From IMG/VR virus record IMGVR_UViG_3300044274_000297, positions 1 through 44,442 of that record: a stretch of DNA of 44,442 bases. One strand, 5' to 3'. Positions 1-8,729 of the stretch are shown here, piece by piece. The DNA comes from a virus. Its lineage: Duplodnaviria; Caudoviricetes. Every line of letters begins with the position of its first letter. Position 1 is the stretch's first letter. The translations under genes and the position numbers were made by a program. The notes under the pieces are model-generated. The model did not search any database and was not told the origin of the DNA. It was given only the letters and a program-made list of their open reading frames with translations.

Positions 1-177
1 ATGAAAGGCCCTCGTGATCTGAAGCGTTATGTTGCCAAGCACAAGCGCCATATCAAAGCATGTCACGGTGACGATCTATTCCTGTTCAAGATGGAGCGCT
101 GCAAGAAGTGGCGCAAACAGAACCGCAGGTCGCGAGATGGAAGCTACGGCACTCATGCCCAACCCCTCTCTCTATGA
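1..177 (+). CDS. Small basic hypothetical protein (58 aa)
   Basis: ATG at 1, open to TGA at 175-177; below ORF track cutoff; followed by RBS and ORF at 186. Confidence 0.4.
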   Translation: MKGPRDLKRYVAKHKRHIKACHGDDLFLFKMERCKKWRKQNRRSRDGSYGTHAQPLSL

Positions 178-185
178 GGTAGAAG

Positions 186-473
186 ATGGAACCCGCGAAC
201 GACAACCGCATGTGGTCAGATCATGGATGGACGTTGCGGGAGCGGTTTCGTTTGGCCAAGGGCATGCTAGCCCATTTCTACCCTGATGGCGATGCGCCAG
301 AGGGAATGATTACAGCAATGGTCAAGGCGTTCGGAGATGTTAAACATGCGGGCATCAATTGGGCGTATCGCGTTCATGGCCATGCAGCCGAGGAATACCT
401 AGACCCAACAGTGGATGACGTTCTTTCTCGCTGCCTCCCTACCCTTTCGGCCCCTTCCAAACCTACTTCTTGA
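186..473 (+). CDS. Hypothetical phage protein
   Basis: 95 aa ORF, GAGG upstream, ANDN motif common in alphaproteobacterial phage proteins; convergent with lysis genes. Confidence 0.6.
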   Translation: MEPANDNRMWSDHGWTLRERFRLAKGMLAHFYPDGDAPEGMITAMVKAFGDVKHAGINWAYRVHGHAAEEYLDPTVDDVLSRCLPTLSAPSKPTS

Positions 474-490
474 ACGCTGACACCAGCGCT

Positions 491-901
491 TCACTGGTCA
501 TGCGTGGCCCCATTTTCCGCGCTGATCCATGCCGAGCTGGACTGCCCATCAACTCGACTAAGTATCTCGCGCATAACTCTAATGTCAGACGCCAGCGAAT
601 TGAGCGTGGTTTCGAGGGATCGCATCGAACTTGCCGAATCTCTGACCTGAGCCTCAATGGCACCAATGCGCAGTTCGTGATTGTCGATCATTCGGGTTGA
701 GCTTTCAAGCGCCCCCACCCGCGTTTCGAGCCGCGCGATATTGTCCGCGTTCTGCGCCATGCCTGTCTGCATTTCGGAAATGGTGTAACCCCATGCCACA
801 AATCCAGCGGCAAATCCGATCAGTACGGTGATGGTGTTGAGGTTCCAAACCCATTGGAATTTTGGAGCGGAAACGTTCATGTCACTGCCTTGGTTGGCCA
901 C
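491..901 (-). CDS. Lysis-module membrane protein (single TM plus coiled coil)
   Basis: TM segment ITVLIGFAAGFVAWGY then heptad coiled coil; GTG start at 901 (or ATG 880) preferred over the ORF track start. Confidence 0.7.
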   Translation of the reverse strand: MANQGSDMNVSAPKFQWVWNLNTITVLIGFAAGFVAWGYTISEMQTGMAQNADNIARLETRVGALESSTRMIDNHELRIGAIEAQVRDSASSMRSLETTLNSLASDIRVMREILSRVDGQSSSAWISAENGATHDQ

Positions 902-969
902 GGGAACCCCTATGTATTCAATGCCCGGAAGGTGCGCCCCGGATGCACCGAGACGCGGTTTTGGTTGTG

Positions 970-1368
970 TCAGCGCCGGAAGCGCGAAGCAGCGAAAGCC
1001 CCGGCGTCCGCGATCACGATGGCGGGGATCAAAACAAGCGCCATGTCGTGGATTCGGGCAGGAACGTCGATCACGACGAGATCCAGCCCAAACCAAGGGT
1101 TGATGATCTGAACGAGGTAGATCGCTGCCCACCAGCACCCAAAAGGTAAAACGATCAGCCAGCGGCCCACGCTCGTTGCGCTCCATGCCCTTCCTGCCTC
1201 GACAACAGCTATGTCGCGCGCCGCCTCGATCTTGGCGATGGTCTGTTCAGCATAGAGCCGTTCGGTATCGTTCTGGGCGTTCAGCTTTGCCTTGTAGGCA
1301 TCGAGCAGCGGGCCGGTGAACTGGCCGACGATTCCGCCCGATAGCCAGGAGAGGATTTGGCCGATCAT
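970..1368 (-). CDS. Holin-like membrane protein
   Basis: Hydrophobic C-terminal TM segments; within lysis cassette with ATGA overlap. Confidence 0.65.
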   Translation of the reverse strand: MIGQILSWLSGGIVGQFTGPLLDAYKAKLNAQNDTERLYAEQTIAKIEAARDIAVVEAGRAWSATSVGRWLIVLPFGCWWAAIYLVQIINPWFGLDLVVIDVPARIHDMALVLIPAIVIADAGAFAASRFRR

Positions 1369-1613
1369 GAGATTTTGGCTTTCTTGAGCCGTGTGATCTG
1401 GGCCTCAGGATCATCCTTGAGAACAGCGGGACGCGGACGGAGCCAGATGTTCACGAGGAACGCGGCGACCAGAAACCAGCGCTGATATTCAGCCGGCAGA
1501 ACGGCCAACACTTCGGGGGCGTTGGCAATTTCGGGAAGGGCGAGGGCCAGCACCATGATCATATTCAAAAGCCATGTGCGCCAGCGCGCAAGGGTGCGCC
1601 AGAAGGTTTTCAT
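1365..1613 (-). CDS. Holin-like protein (2 TM)
   Basis: 82 aa, two TM helices, basic C-terminus, immediately after endolysin. Confidence 0.65.
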   Translation of the reverse strand: MKTFWRTLARWRTWLLNMIMVLALALPEIANAPEVLAVLPAEYQRWFLVAAFLVNIWLRPRPAVLKDDPEAQITRLKKAKIS

Positions 1614-2371
1614 GGGAGAGGAGCTCCGATTGCTTTGAGGATTGCGTAAAGCGCTGCGCCAATCGCGATAAGGCCCGCGACGATTGCTGCCACAGGGCCG
1701 CTGGGAGCCTTTTCAGGCTTGGCGGGTGCCGTTGGCGCCGGTGTGGGCTTTCGCGGCTGTGCGGGCTTCTCTGCGCTGAAATCAGCCTGATCGAGCGCTT
1801 GCTCGAACTTGGTGGCATAGCCAGCTATCATCACGGCCCGGTCTGTGCCGTTGACGATGCGACGGGCTTCGACATAATCGGCCTTGATGGCGTTGATGTA
1901 GTCGGGGAGTTTCTTGCCGGTAAACCATCCTTCCATCATGCCGCGAATGAGGATATGGGCAGCGATGGACGGTTGAAGCGCAAGCTCGGGCTGGTGGACC
2001 AGATCAATGCCGAGTTTCTTGCCAGCCTTGGCGTAGTTATCGCGCCATGTGAGCTGAACGTAGCCCCTGCCGAAATAGCCGCCCGACCAGTAGTCTCGCT
2101 TCACCCATGGCAGCTTGCCGGACTTCCATGCCTTGGTCAGAATTTCCTTGGCTTTGGCGTCGGTCTTTGCCAGTGTTTCCCGAACCGGCTGCATGGTGCG
2201 GGCCGTCTCGTGATAGGTCGTGGCGAGGATATAGGCGAGCTTGCGCGGGTCGCCATCGCCCATTTGCTCCCACGCCCTGATGATGACGTTAAAGCCATCC
2301 ACCTGCGCTTGCGTGAGCGTCCCGCCGAATACGGTTTCGCGCACGACATTATAGAACGTCGCGTTGGCCAT
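1610..2371 (-). CDS. Endolysin, GH19 chitinase/lysozyme-like, with C-terminal TM anchor
   Basis: LAYILAT.YHET, YFGRGYVQLTW..NY and ARRIVNG motifs; AAGGAGG RBS before ATG 2371; Pro-rich linker and hydrophobic tail. Confidence 0.9.
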   Translation of the reverse strand: MANATFYNVVRETVFGGTLTQAQVDGFNVIIRAWEQMGDGDPRKLAYILATTYHETARTMQPVRETLAKTDAKAKEILTKAWKSGKLPWVKRDYWSGGYFGRGYVQLTWRDNYAKAGKKLGIDLVHQPELALQPSIAAHILIRGMMEGWFTGKKLPDYINAIKADYVEARRIVNGTDRAVMIAGYATKFEQALDQADFSAEKPAQPRKPTPAPTAPAKPEKAPSGPVAAIVAGLIAIGAALYAILKAIGAPLP

Positions 2372-2445
2372 CACGGCCTCCTTATCGATGTGTTGGGGTT
2401 TGGCTTGGGATCGAACGAGCCTTAATGGCCGTTTACCCATGCCCG

Positions 2446-2474
2446 TTGACAATGTGATACACTTGTCCCCATAT
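2446..2474 (+). promoter_or_regulatory. Putative sigma70 promoter of hicB/hicA-like moron with overlapping imperfect palindrome
   Basis: TTGACA-N17-CCATAT; GACAA-TGTGATACAC-TTGTC inverted repeat overlaps it. Confidence 0.55.
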
Positions 2475-2511
2475 GAGGGGGCCTGAGTGAGCCCCTCAGG
2501 AGAGACCCGAA

Positions 2512-2802
2512 ATGACCGATGCACCAATTAAAGTCACAGTGACGTTTGAGCGTCGCGAGGATGGCGGCCTGCGCGTTTGGAGCGCGGACCTGCCCGGACT
2601 CGTGCTGTCGCACCGCGATATCGATGCCATTCTTGCCGATGTGGTCGAAGCCATCGGAGCGATTGTTTCTGACCGTATCGGCTCACCTGTAGAGGTCCAG
2701 CCGCTTCGCAATATCCGCGAGGCGCTTGAAGACCAAGGCGTTGTTGATCCCATGCCTGCGCTTCCCGGTATTCGGGAATATGTGGCGTACCACACTCACT
2801 GA
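2512..2802 (+). CDS. HicB-like antitoxin (partial RNase H fold only)
   Basis: V.FERREDGG..VWSADLPGLV.S..DID..LADV.EAI pattern matches the HicB N-domain; AGGAG RBS. Confidence 0.75.
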   Translation: MTDAPIKVTVTFERREDGGLRVWSADLPGLVLSHRDIDAILADVVEAIGAIVSDRIGSPVEVQPLRNIREALEDQGVVDPMPALPGIREYVAYHTH

Positions 2803-2805
2803 CCA

Positions 2806-3045
2806 TTGATACCGGGGCGCTTCCTACCGAGGGACCAGTGGGAAGCGAAGTTGCGCCGATGGGACTGCACGCCGCTTGAGGGAAAGGGCGCGCTCAACAC
2901 CGCCGAATGGTGGCGCGGCGCCGCTCCCGATCGCATGCTCTTTACCGTCCCCGTCGAGCCCGACGGCTCGTGCGACTATTGGGCAATCTATCGACTATGC
3001 CAGGATCTTGGTCGGCACCCCAATGAGGCTGGCCCGGACAACTGA
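2806..3045 (+). CDS. Divergent HicA-like toxin candidate
   Basis: 79 aa, directly after hicB-like gene; helix-3 strands-helix layout with FTVP; lacks the canonical GSH. Confidence 0.55.
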   Translation: MIPGRFLPRDQWEAKLRRWDCTPLEGKGALNTAEWWRGAAPDRMLFTVPVEPDGSCDYWAIYRLCQDLGRHPNEAGPDN

Positions 3046-3076
3046 CCCTCCCCATTGTTTCACCTGTTGGATAATG

Positions 3077-3100
3077 AAAAGCCCCGCTCTGTGGCGGGGC
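3077..3100 (-). terminator. Rho-independent terminator ending tail transcript
   Basis: GCCCCGC stem, 6-nt loop, then TTTT on the minus strand. Confidence 0.7.
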
Positions 3101-3205
3101 GGGGAAGCGCTGTTACTCGGGCGGAACGTATGGAGCCCAATAACTGTCCCATGGCGGAAGTCTGGCGGGATCGGGGTCATCGTTTCGATCTGACGGCCCG
3201 AACGC

Positions 3206-3553
3206 CTATTTCGCGCCTTGCTGAAAACACCCTAGTAGCGGCGGGCGGGGGTGCCCTCGCTCCCGGTTGAGCCGCCCCATTAGTGCACGAAGATTTTCCT
3301 CAACAAACCGACTGCCCTTAACACCATCCTTGTAAGACGGGTCAATCACAAACCGGCCAGAAGACGACTCTTTCAGTCTGTCGTAATCCGTTACCCCGTG
3401 CTCGACCAGAAGCACTTCGACGGCCTTCGCGAATGTATCGCCGCGCCTCTCGGCTATCATATCCTTGAAATAGTCAGGCCGACCTGAAGAGGTCGTTACC
3501 AGAACATCCCCTTCTTCAAGCAGTTCAACGCGCTCTTCATCATCGCTAGTCAT
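3206..3553 (-). CDS. Hypothetical protein downstream of tailspike
   Basis: 115 aa ORF with GGGAG RBS; no family recognised. Confidence 0.55.
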   Translation of the reverse strand: MTSDDEERVELLEEGDVLVTTSSGRPDYFKDMIAERRGDTFAKAVEVLLVEHGVTDYDRLKESSSGRFVIDPSYKDGVKGSRFVEENLRALMGRLNRERGHPRPPLLGCFQQGAK

Positions 3554-3568
3554 TCTCTGAACTCCCTT

Positions 3569-5491
3569 TTAGAAGCTGGCTGTAAGTGCCACGTACCACC
3601 GAGCCGCACCGATATGGATTACGATCCTCGGGGTGCCGCCTGTGTCCTCGATATAGGCTGTGCCGCTACGTGCAGCGCTGGCGCCGGGGCGGTTCGCCGT
3701 TGTAATGACAGGCAATCGATCGAAGTCCAAATTACTCCACGAACTGATGCTCGTGTCTGCCGTCTGCCCGGTGAACCTGTTGGACATACCCAATCGAAGG
3801 TTCGTGTTTGCGCTGGACCTAAGTCCCCAGTGAACCTTATTGGCCGCAGGCGTCCAGTTCTCACAGTGATCGACATGGCTATCGATAGAGTTGTTGATGT
3901 CGATTGCCGCAATGTTCGCATAATTAGCGTTATTCGCATCGAAGACCTTATGACCTAGGATGAATACGCAGGCCGGGCCGTTCACGTAAATCGATTGGGC
4001 GTTGGCAAACTGGCTTCGGTTGCCAATAATCGTGAACCCCATGGGGCCGGTATTGGCAGAAGGCGTTCCAACCGCGCCGACCAGGGCGACATCGATATTG
4101 TTTGAATAGAAAGTGTTTGAGCTAATTACCGTATCGCGGGCCAGTGCGGTTCCCGGCTCCGTAGCGTTGATAACAACAGCACCGAAACCCGTTTGCCCAG
4201 AGCCAATTCCGTGAGCACACAATTCGAAGTTATTTCCGGTAAGCGTATTTTGCTCAGACTTCTTGATAAATATGCCAGCCTTAGAAAGACCGTAGAAGTT
4301 GTTGCCACCGATCAGGGCTTCTTTTACTTCCTCCGCATATAGGCCATACGGCGTCACTTCGAGAGTGCATCCCTGAATATGTGGTTCCTGCGCCCCCGCC
4401 GTGCCGAGTTTAATGCACGCGTTGCCAAGCTGCACAAAGTACAGATCGCGCAATCGAGCCGAGAACAGCGACGTACCGCTGTAAGCCAGGTTCAGGGCGT
4501 TCCCGGTCCCGACACCATTCCCAAGCCCTTGGAATACGAGACCATAGAAGCCGTAGATGTACGACCCGTCGAAGTGGTTTGCATTCCCCGTGGTCTGAAT
4601 CAGTATCGTTCCGTCCGACGCGGCCACGCCGTTGCCCTTCACGACCATGGCCCTGACGCCTAACGTGATTACGTCCGTTAGACGATAGCCGCCACTTCTG
4701 AATTTCAAAGTGTGTCCGGCACGGTGGTGCGGTAGCTGTGTCACTCCATCCGCGAAGTGCGTCGGGATGCTATCGACAGCCGCCTGGATAGCTGCGCTGT
4801 CACTCACTGCCGGAACAAGGAAGCTCGGATCGGAGTACCAGACCTCATCAAGTCCGGGATTAGTAATGCCACCATCGCCCCGGAAATATGCCTCACCAAC
4901 AGCACCAAACCACATAGGATCACGAATGTTCTTGTGCACCAACCATTCCGCACGGACCCATGTGTAGGCAGTGTCGTGGGTTGAATTTACGAAAATGCCT
5001 TCGGTGGTGTCTGCTGAGCGGACCAAAAGATCGTACTCACCGAGACTGGAAACAGCCAATAGCCGGAAAGGGCCGCTGCGCTTTGCGTCTATCAGGTTCG
5101 CAGCATTGTACCGCGCCGTATCCAGCGATTTCATGGCCGTCCTGGAATACACGACTGGCGCCATTGTTAGGGCCAGATCAGCGCTAATGGCATCCGTCCC
5201 AACACTGTTAGATGGCGCCAAGAGCGAGATGTTATCGACGGTCTGTACAGTCACGCCAGCGGCGGTTTTGAGGACCGTCTTGTAGGCTGCGGCGACAACA
5301 TAGATGGGCGGGAAGATTCCATCTGCGCTCGCAACGACAGGATTTGCGTGCGGCGTGGTTTCTCCAGCATCCTGGTATACCGTTGTGGGCGTAGTTGTGC
5401 CGGCCTCATAGAAATACAGCTCGGCGCCAGCCAGCGGTAGACCGCTGGCGTCTTCAGGTTGCATGAATGACGATGCGAAAATTACGCCCAT
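3569..5491 (-). CDS. Tailspike / receptor-binding protein with beta-helix (pectin lyase-like) domain
   Basis: N-terminal virion-attachment domain (GLPLAGAELYFYEAGTTTP..VYQD..T.HANPVV), WFGAVG...DSAAIQAAVD motif, Asn/Gly-rich parallel beta-helix repeats. Confidence 0.85.
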   Translation of the reverse strand: MGVIFASSFMQPEDASGLPLAGAELYFYEAGTTTPTTVYQDAGETTPHANPVVASADGIFPPIYVVAAAYKTVLKTAAGVTVQTVDNISLLAPSNSVGTDAISADLALTMAPVVYSRTAMKSLDTARYNAANLIDAKRSGPFRLLAVSSLGEYDLLVRSADTTEGIFVNSTHDTAYTWVRAEWLVHKNIRDPMWFGAVGEAYFRGDGGITNPGLDEVWYSDPSFLVPAVSDSAAIQAAVDSIPTHFADGVTQLPHHRAGHTLKFRSGGYRLTDVITLGVRAMVVKGNGVAASDGTILIQTTGNANHFDGSYIYGFYGLVFQGLGNGVGTGNALNLAYSGTSLFSARLRDLYFVQLGNACIKLGTAGAQEPHIQGCTLEVTPYGLYAEEVKEALIGGNNFYGLSKAGIFIKKSEQNTLTGNNFELCAHGIGSGQTGFGAVVINATEPGTALARDTVISSNTFYSNNIDVALVGAVGTPSANTGPMGFTIIGNRSQFANAQSIYVNGPACVFILGHKVFDANNANYANIAAIDINNSIDSHVDHCENWTPAANKVHWGLRSSANTNLRLGMSNRFTGQTADTSISSWSNLDFDRLPVITTANRPGASAARSGTAYIEDTGGTPRIVIHIGAARWYVALTASF

Positions 5492-5539
5492 TGGGAAGCC
5501 TCAATCGGTGGAATGGTCGGGGGATGTGGGGAAGATGTT

Positions 5540-6472
5540 TTAGAAATAGACGGTCACGGTCTCGCGCTTGCCCGTGTCCTTGTTCTTGCGCATGACCTGC
5601 CTGGGTTTGAGCTCGCGCCCATCCGACTTGGCGACGAACTTGACCGCGCCGGCGTCGTTCTCGCGGCGGCTTTCTTTGCGGGTGCTGCCCATCTCGATTT
5701 CCTCGCGCCCCTGGTGGGCAAAGACCGAGCCATCATCGCGGGTATTGAGAACAGGCAGAGCGGCCAGTGCCCGACCGCGTGAGCCATCTGCCGCGCTTCC
5801 CATCAGGGATCGTGTGCGCTCATCGATCTTGAGCCCGTTACCAATGTCGCCGCCGGATTTCGGCTTGTTGCCGCCATTGGCGTTCGCTGTGAGAAAATTC
5901 ATGGGGTTCATGTTGAGGAATGAATCTCCGCCCTGCGTGGCCGCGAAATAGGCGCTGAGGGCATTGGGGGGCGTCGTTGGCGCTGCGCCAGCCTGCTGGT
6001 TTGCGGCGGCCAGTGCCGTAGGCGGCGGGGCAACTGTCGGAGATGCGACTCCGTTGTAGGCATTGCGCAGCCATTCCGGGGCATTTGATCCGCGCCCGCC
6101 TGCCCCCCAAACGGCAGGCTCGCCAAATCCAATGTGCATCGATCCGGGGCGCATGTAGCCTTCGCCCGCGCCGAACCCTGTTAGCCCTGCTTGCCGCCCC
6201 TGCTGCACGATCTGCTCAAATATCCGCTGGTCGTCTGGGTCAGCCCAATCGAGGCGTCTGCCGTCCTTGTAGAAATACACATCAGCGGCGCCACCGTGGT
6301 CGTGACGCGTCGAACCCACCCGCGCGCCCTCTCCGGCGGCGGGCTGTCCACCAGAGAACACTTCCATTTCGACGCCCAACTCGGGCAGGAACGACATAGC
6401 GCGCACCAGATCATCGCTGAGGGGCTGGTTCCGGGTCGCGCCTTGGTTGGCGTATCGAATGAAATCGGCCAT
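5540..6472 (-). CDS. Virion-associated M15/LAS-type Zn peptidase (peptidoglycan hydrolase candidate)
   Basis: S.RHDHGGAAD (H-x6-D) and MHIG Zn-ligand motifs; low-complexity linker; located after ejection genes. Confidence 0.7.
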   Translation of the reverse strand: MADFIRYANQGATRNQPLSDDLVRAMSFLPELGVEMEVFSGGQPAAGEGARVGSTRHDHGGAADVYFYKDGRRLDWADPDDQRIFEQIVQQGRQAGLTGFGAGEGYMRPGSMHIGFGEPAVWGAGGRGSNAPEWLRNAYNGVASPTVAPPPTALAAANQQAGAAPTTPPNALSAYFAATQGGDSFLNMNPMNFLTANANGGNKPKSGGDIGNGLKIDERTRSLMGSAADGSRGRALAALPVLNTRDDGSVFAHQGREEIEMGSTRKESRRENDAGAVKFVAKSDGRELKPRQVMRKNKDTGKRETVTVYF

Positions 6473-6485
6473 GTTTTGCGTCCAT

Positions 6486-6511
6486 AAAAAGGCCCCGCTT
6501 GCGGGCGGGGC
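6486..6511 (-). terminator. Rho-independent terminator
   Basis: GCCCCGC stem followed by TTTTT on the minus strand. Confidence 0.65.
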
Positions 6512-6527
6512 TGAGAGGGATTAGATT
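6499..6527 (+). promoter_or_regulatory. Putative promoter of lipoprotein moron
   Basis: TTGCGG-N17-TAGATT, then GGAGG RBS before ATG 6552. Confidence 0.5.
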
Positions 6528-6551
6528 GGTGCCTCTTTTTTGGGAGGCTGA

Positions 6552-6842
6552 ATGCTGAAATATGCTGTCCTAGCGATTGCGGTACTGAGCGCCGCAGGAT
6601 GTTCAACCACTCGGGCGGAGCAAATTTCCGCCGCCCAAGAAACATGCCGTGCCTACGGATTTACAGACGGGACCGAGCAGTTTTCCGAATGCGTCATGAG
6701 AGTCGATACAGATCAGCAAGACCGCAAGCGCGCCGCCTTGGCCGGGTTTATGATGAGCCAACAGGCCAATCGCCCGGTAACCTGTAACACTACGGCCAAC
6801 GTGTACGGCTCGTTCGGAACGTCGAGCACGACATGCCGATGA
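6552..6842 (+). CDS. Small lipoprotein (superinfection-exclusion candidate)
   Basis: Signal peptide with lipobox AAGC; Cys pairs; antisense to structural operon. Confidence 0.75.
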   Translation: MLKYAVLAIAVLSAAGCSTTRAEQISAAQETCRAYGFTDGTEQFSECVMRVDTDQQDRKRAALAGFMMSQQANRPVTCNTTANVYGSFGTSSTTCR

Positions 6843-7060
6843 AGGACATTGATCTCGGGCCAAACGAATACCGCCGGACGGGTGCGAAAGAGCCATTTTT
6901 CTTGCCCGGGGCTGGGATGATTGCCGCGACGTGGGCGGGATTTTCAGTCGCCGCCATTATCGTAGCATTCGCGCTGAGCTTTCTCCCCTGGGATTGGGCT
7001 TACGATCTGGGATACAACTTCTCGTGCAACTACATTACTGGGTCATGCCGCCCGCAATAA
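6839..7060 (+). CDS. Small membrane protein
   Basis: ATGA overlap with lipoprotein gene; one long TM segment. Confidence 0.55.
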   Translation: MKDIDLGPNEYRRTGAKEPFFLPGAGMIAATWAGFSVAAIIVAFALSFLPWDWAYDLGYNFSCNYITGSCRPQ

Positions 7061-8729
7061 GCGCGCGCATGGGGATCGTTCCCTGCTGAGCCAGACTTGC
7101 TCCACCAAAGCCACCCAATGCAGCCCCGCCCGCTGCCAGAGCCCGCATCGCCGGGGAAGCTTGCAACGCCGCTCCACCTGAACGAGCAACTGCCGACGCG
7201 ACACGCGCATTGTTCAAGGTCATGGAGGTGGCCGCCTGACGACCCGCAAATCCAGCGCCCATTGTTGCCCCAGCCGCAAGGCCGCCAGCCACTGGCCCGC
7301 CCAGAGAGTTCCCGATATAGTACGGCACACCACTGGTCATTCCGAGGCTGACAATTCCGGTTGGCGCAAGTTTTCCCAAAGCCCGAAGTGAGTTTTCAAC
7401 AGGACCGCCACGCGCAACATTTGTAATGGACGAGACCATCTCAGGGCTAAGCCCTTTCAATTGGCCCTTGATGATCTGGCGCTCAAGGGCCCGGAATTCT
7501 GTCCGCAGCGCGTTCTCGAACCCTGAGCCCGAGAACTGGCCGGAGCGTGACACGGCCAACTCAATGGCTGTGTCGATCATTTCTCCAGTTTTCATCTGAC
7601 GGTAGAGCTGGTTGGCCTGCGCGATCTGAGGGGCTATAGGGTCAAGGAACTTGTGGAACTCGTCCATCATCGCCATGGCAATGCGGCGCTCGTCGGCGTC
7701 GGTGCTTTTCAGAGCATTGCCGATAAGCTTGCGCACCGCCTGCATCTGATCGACATTCAAACTTCCGGTAGCATAGTCATCGAAAGACTGAATCAGCGGC
7801 CCGATCTTCTGATAGCTCTGATTGATATTGCCCGTGGGGGTGATAATGCCTTCGGCCTGCGCGATGTTGCGCATGTTTGCCGCCATCTGCGAGGCTTGCT
7901 GCTGCGGGAGTTGCGCCCCGGATTGCCGCGCGGCGTTGTAGAGTGCCGTGGATTGCTCATCGAGTTGATGGAGTGTCGGTACTGCGTTCTGGGCACCACG
8001 GCTGGCCAGCGCTCCCGCGCCCGCGCCTAGGACGCCGCCCAAAGCCGCGCCTTGCAGCCCGCCAACTGCTGCTTGGCCGAGGCGCTCATCCATGCTTTCG
8101 CCAGTGCCGAAGCCATGCGCTGCACCATACAAGCCGCCTTCGACCGCGCCGCGCCCGCCCATCGATACAGCATTGGGTCTTGCGCCATTCATCAGCGTTA
8201 CGCCACCACGGGCGAGGCCAATGCCACCACCGACAGCGCCTGCTATGTCGCCAACCGTTCCCGCGACAGGAGCCGCTTCCCGAATTGACGCTTCGCCCTG
8301 ACGAATACCACCGAGCGCATTCCCATAAGCGGCGGGAATGTCGAGCGAGCGATCTGCGATCATCTGGATGGGGGTAGCAGCAGCGGCAGCGATTTCGTCG
8401 GCCATACCGAAGGTGGCACCCTGCGTCACACCGGTATCAAAAGCGCGTACGTTCGCCTGAACGTCTCCGGCTATTCCGGGGAGAAGTGTTGGGTCGCGTT
8501 CAGGTTCTGATGGGACAACAGATGGCGCGGACAAGTCCTCATCGCCCGGCCCGGCCTGTAGCAGCGGCCGCCCGGCAGCGTCACGGGCAATGCCATCCGA
8601 AGCCCCCGCACTCTCCACCCCGATGGAACGCGCAATCTCCTCAACGGTAGACTGCTGTTCTTCTGGCGACAGGTCGCGAAAGGCGTCATCGACCTGAACG
8701 CGCCTGCCGTTGATTTCGAGCGTGACCAT
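7035..8729 (-). CDS. DNA ejection/transfer protein (P22 gp16 position)
   Basis: 564 aa Ala/Gly-rich, QGATFGMADE motif common in podovirus internal proteins; synteny. Confidence 0.7.
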   Translation of the reverse strand: MVTLEINGRRVQVDDAFRDLSPEEQQSTVEEIARSIGVESAGASDGIARDAAGRPLLQAGPGDEDLSAPSVVPSEPERDPTLLPGIAGDVQANVRAFDTGVTQGATFGMADEIAAAAATPIQMIADRSLDIPAAYGNALGGIRQGEASIREAAPVAGTVGDIAGAVGGGIGLARGGVTLMNGARPNAVSMGGRGAVEGGLYGAAHGFGTGESMDERLGQAAVGGLQGAALGGVLGAGAGALASRGAQNAVPTLHQLDEQSTALYNAARQSGAQLPQQQASQMAANMRNIAQAEGIITPTGNINQSYQKIGPLIQSFDDYATGSLNVDQMQAVRKLIGNALKSTDADERRIAMAMMDEFHKFLDPIAPQIAQANQLYRQMKTGEMIDTAIELAVSRSGQFSGSGFENALRTEFRALERQIIKGQLKGLSPEMVSSITNVARGGPVENSLRALGKLAPTGIVSLGMTSGVPYYIGNSLGGPVAGGLAAGATMGAGFAGRQAATSMTLNNARVASAVARSGGAALQASPAMRALAAGGAALGGFGGASLAQQGTIPMRALIAGGMTQ

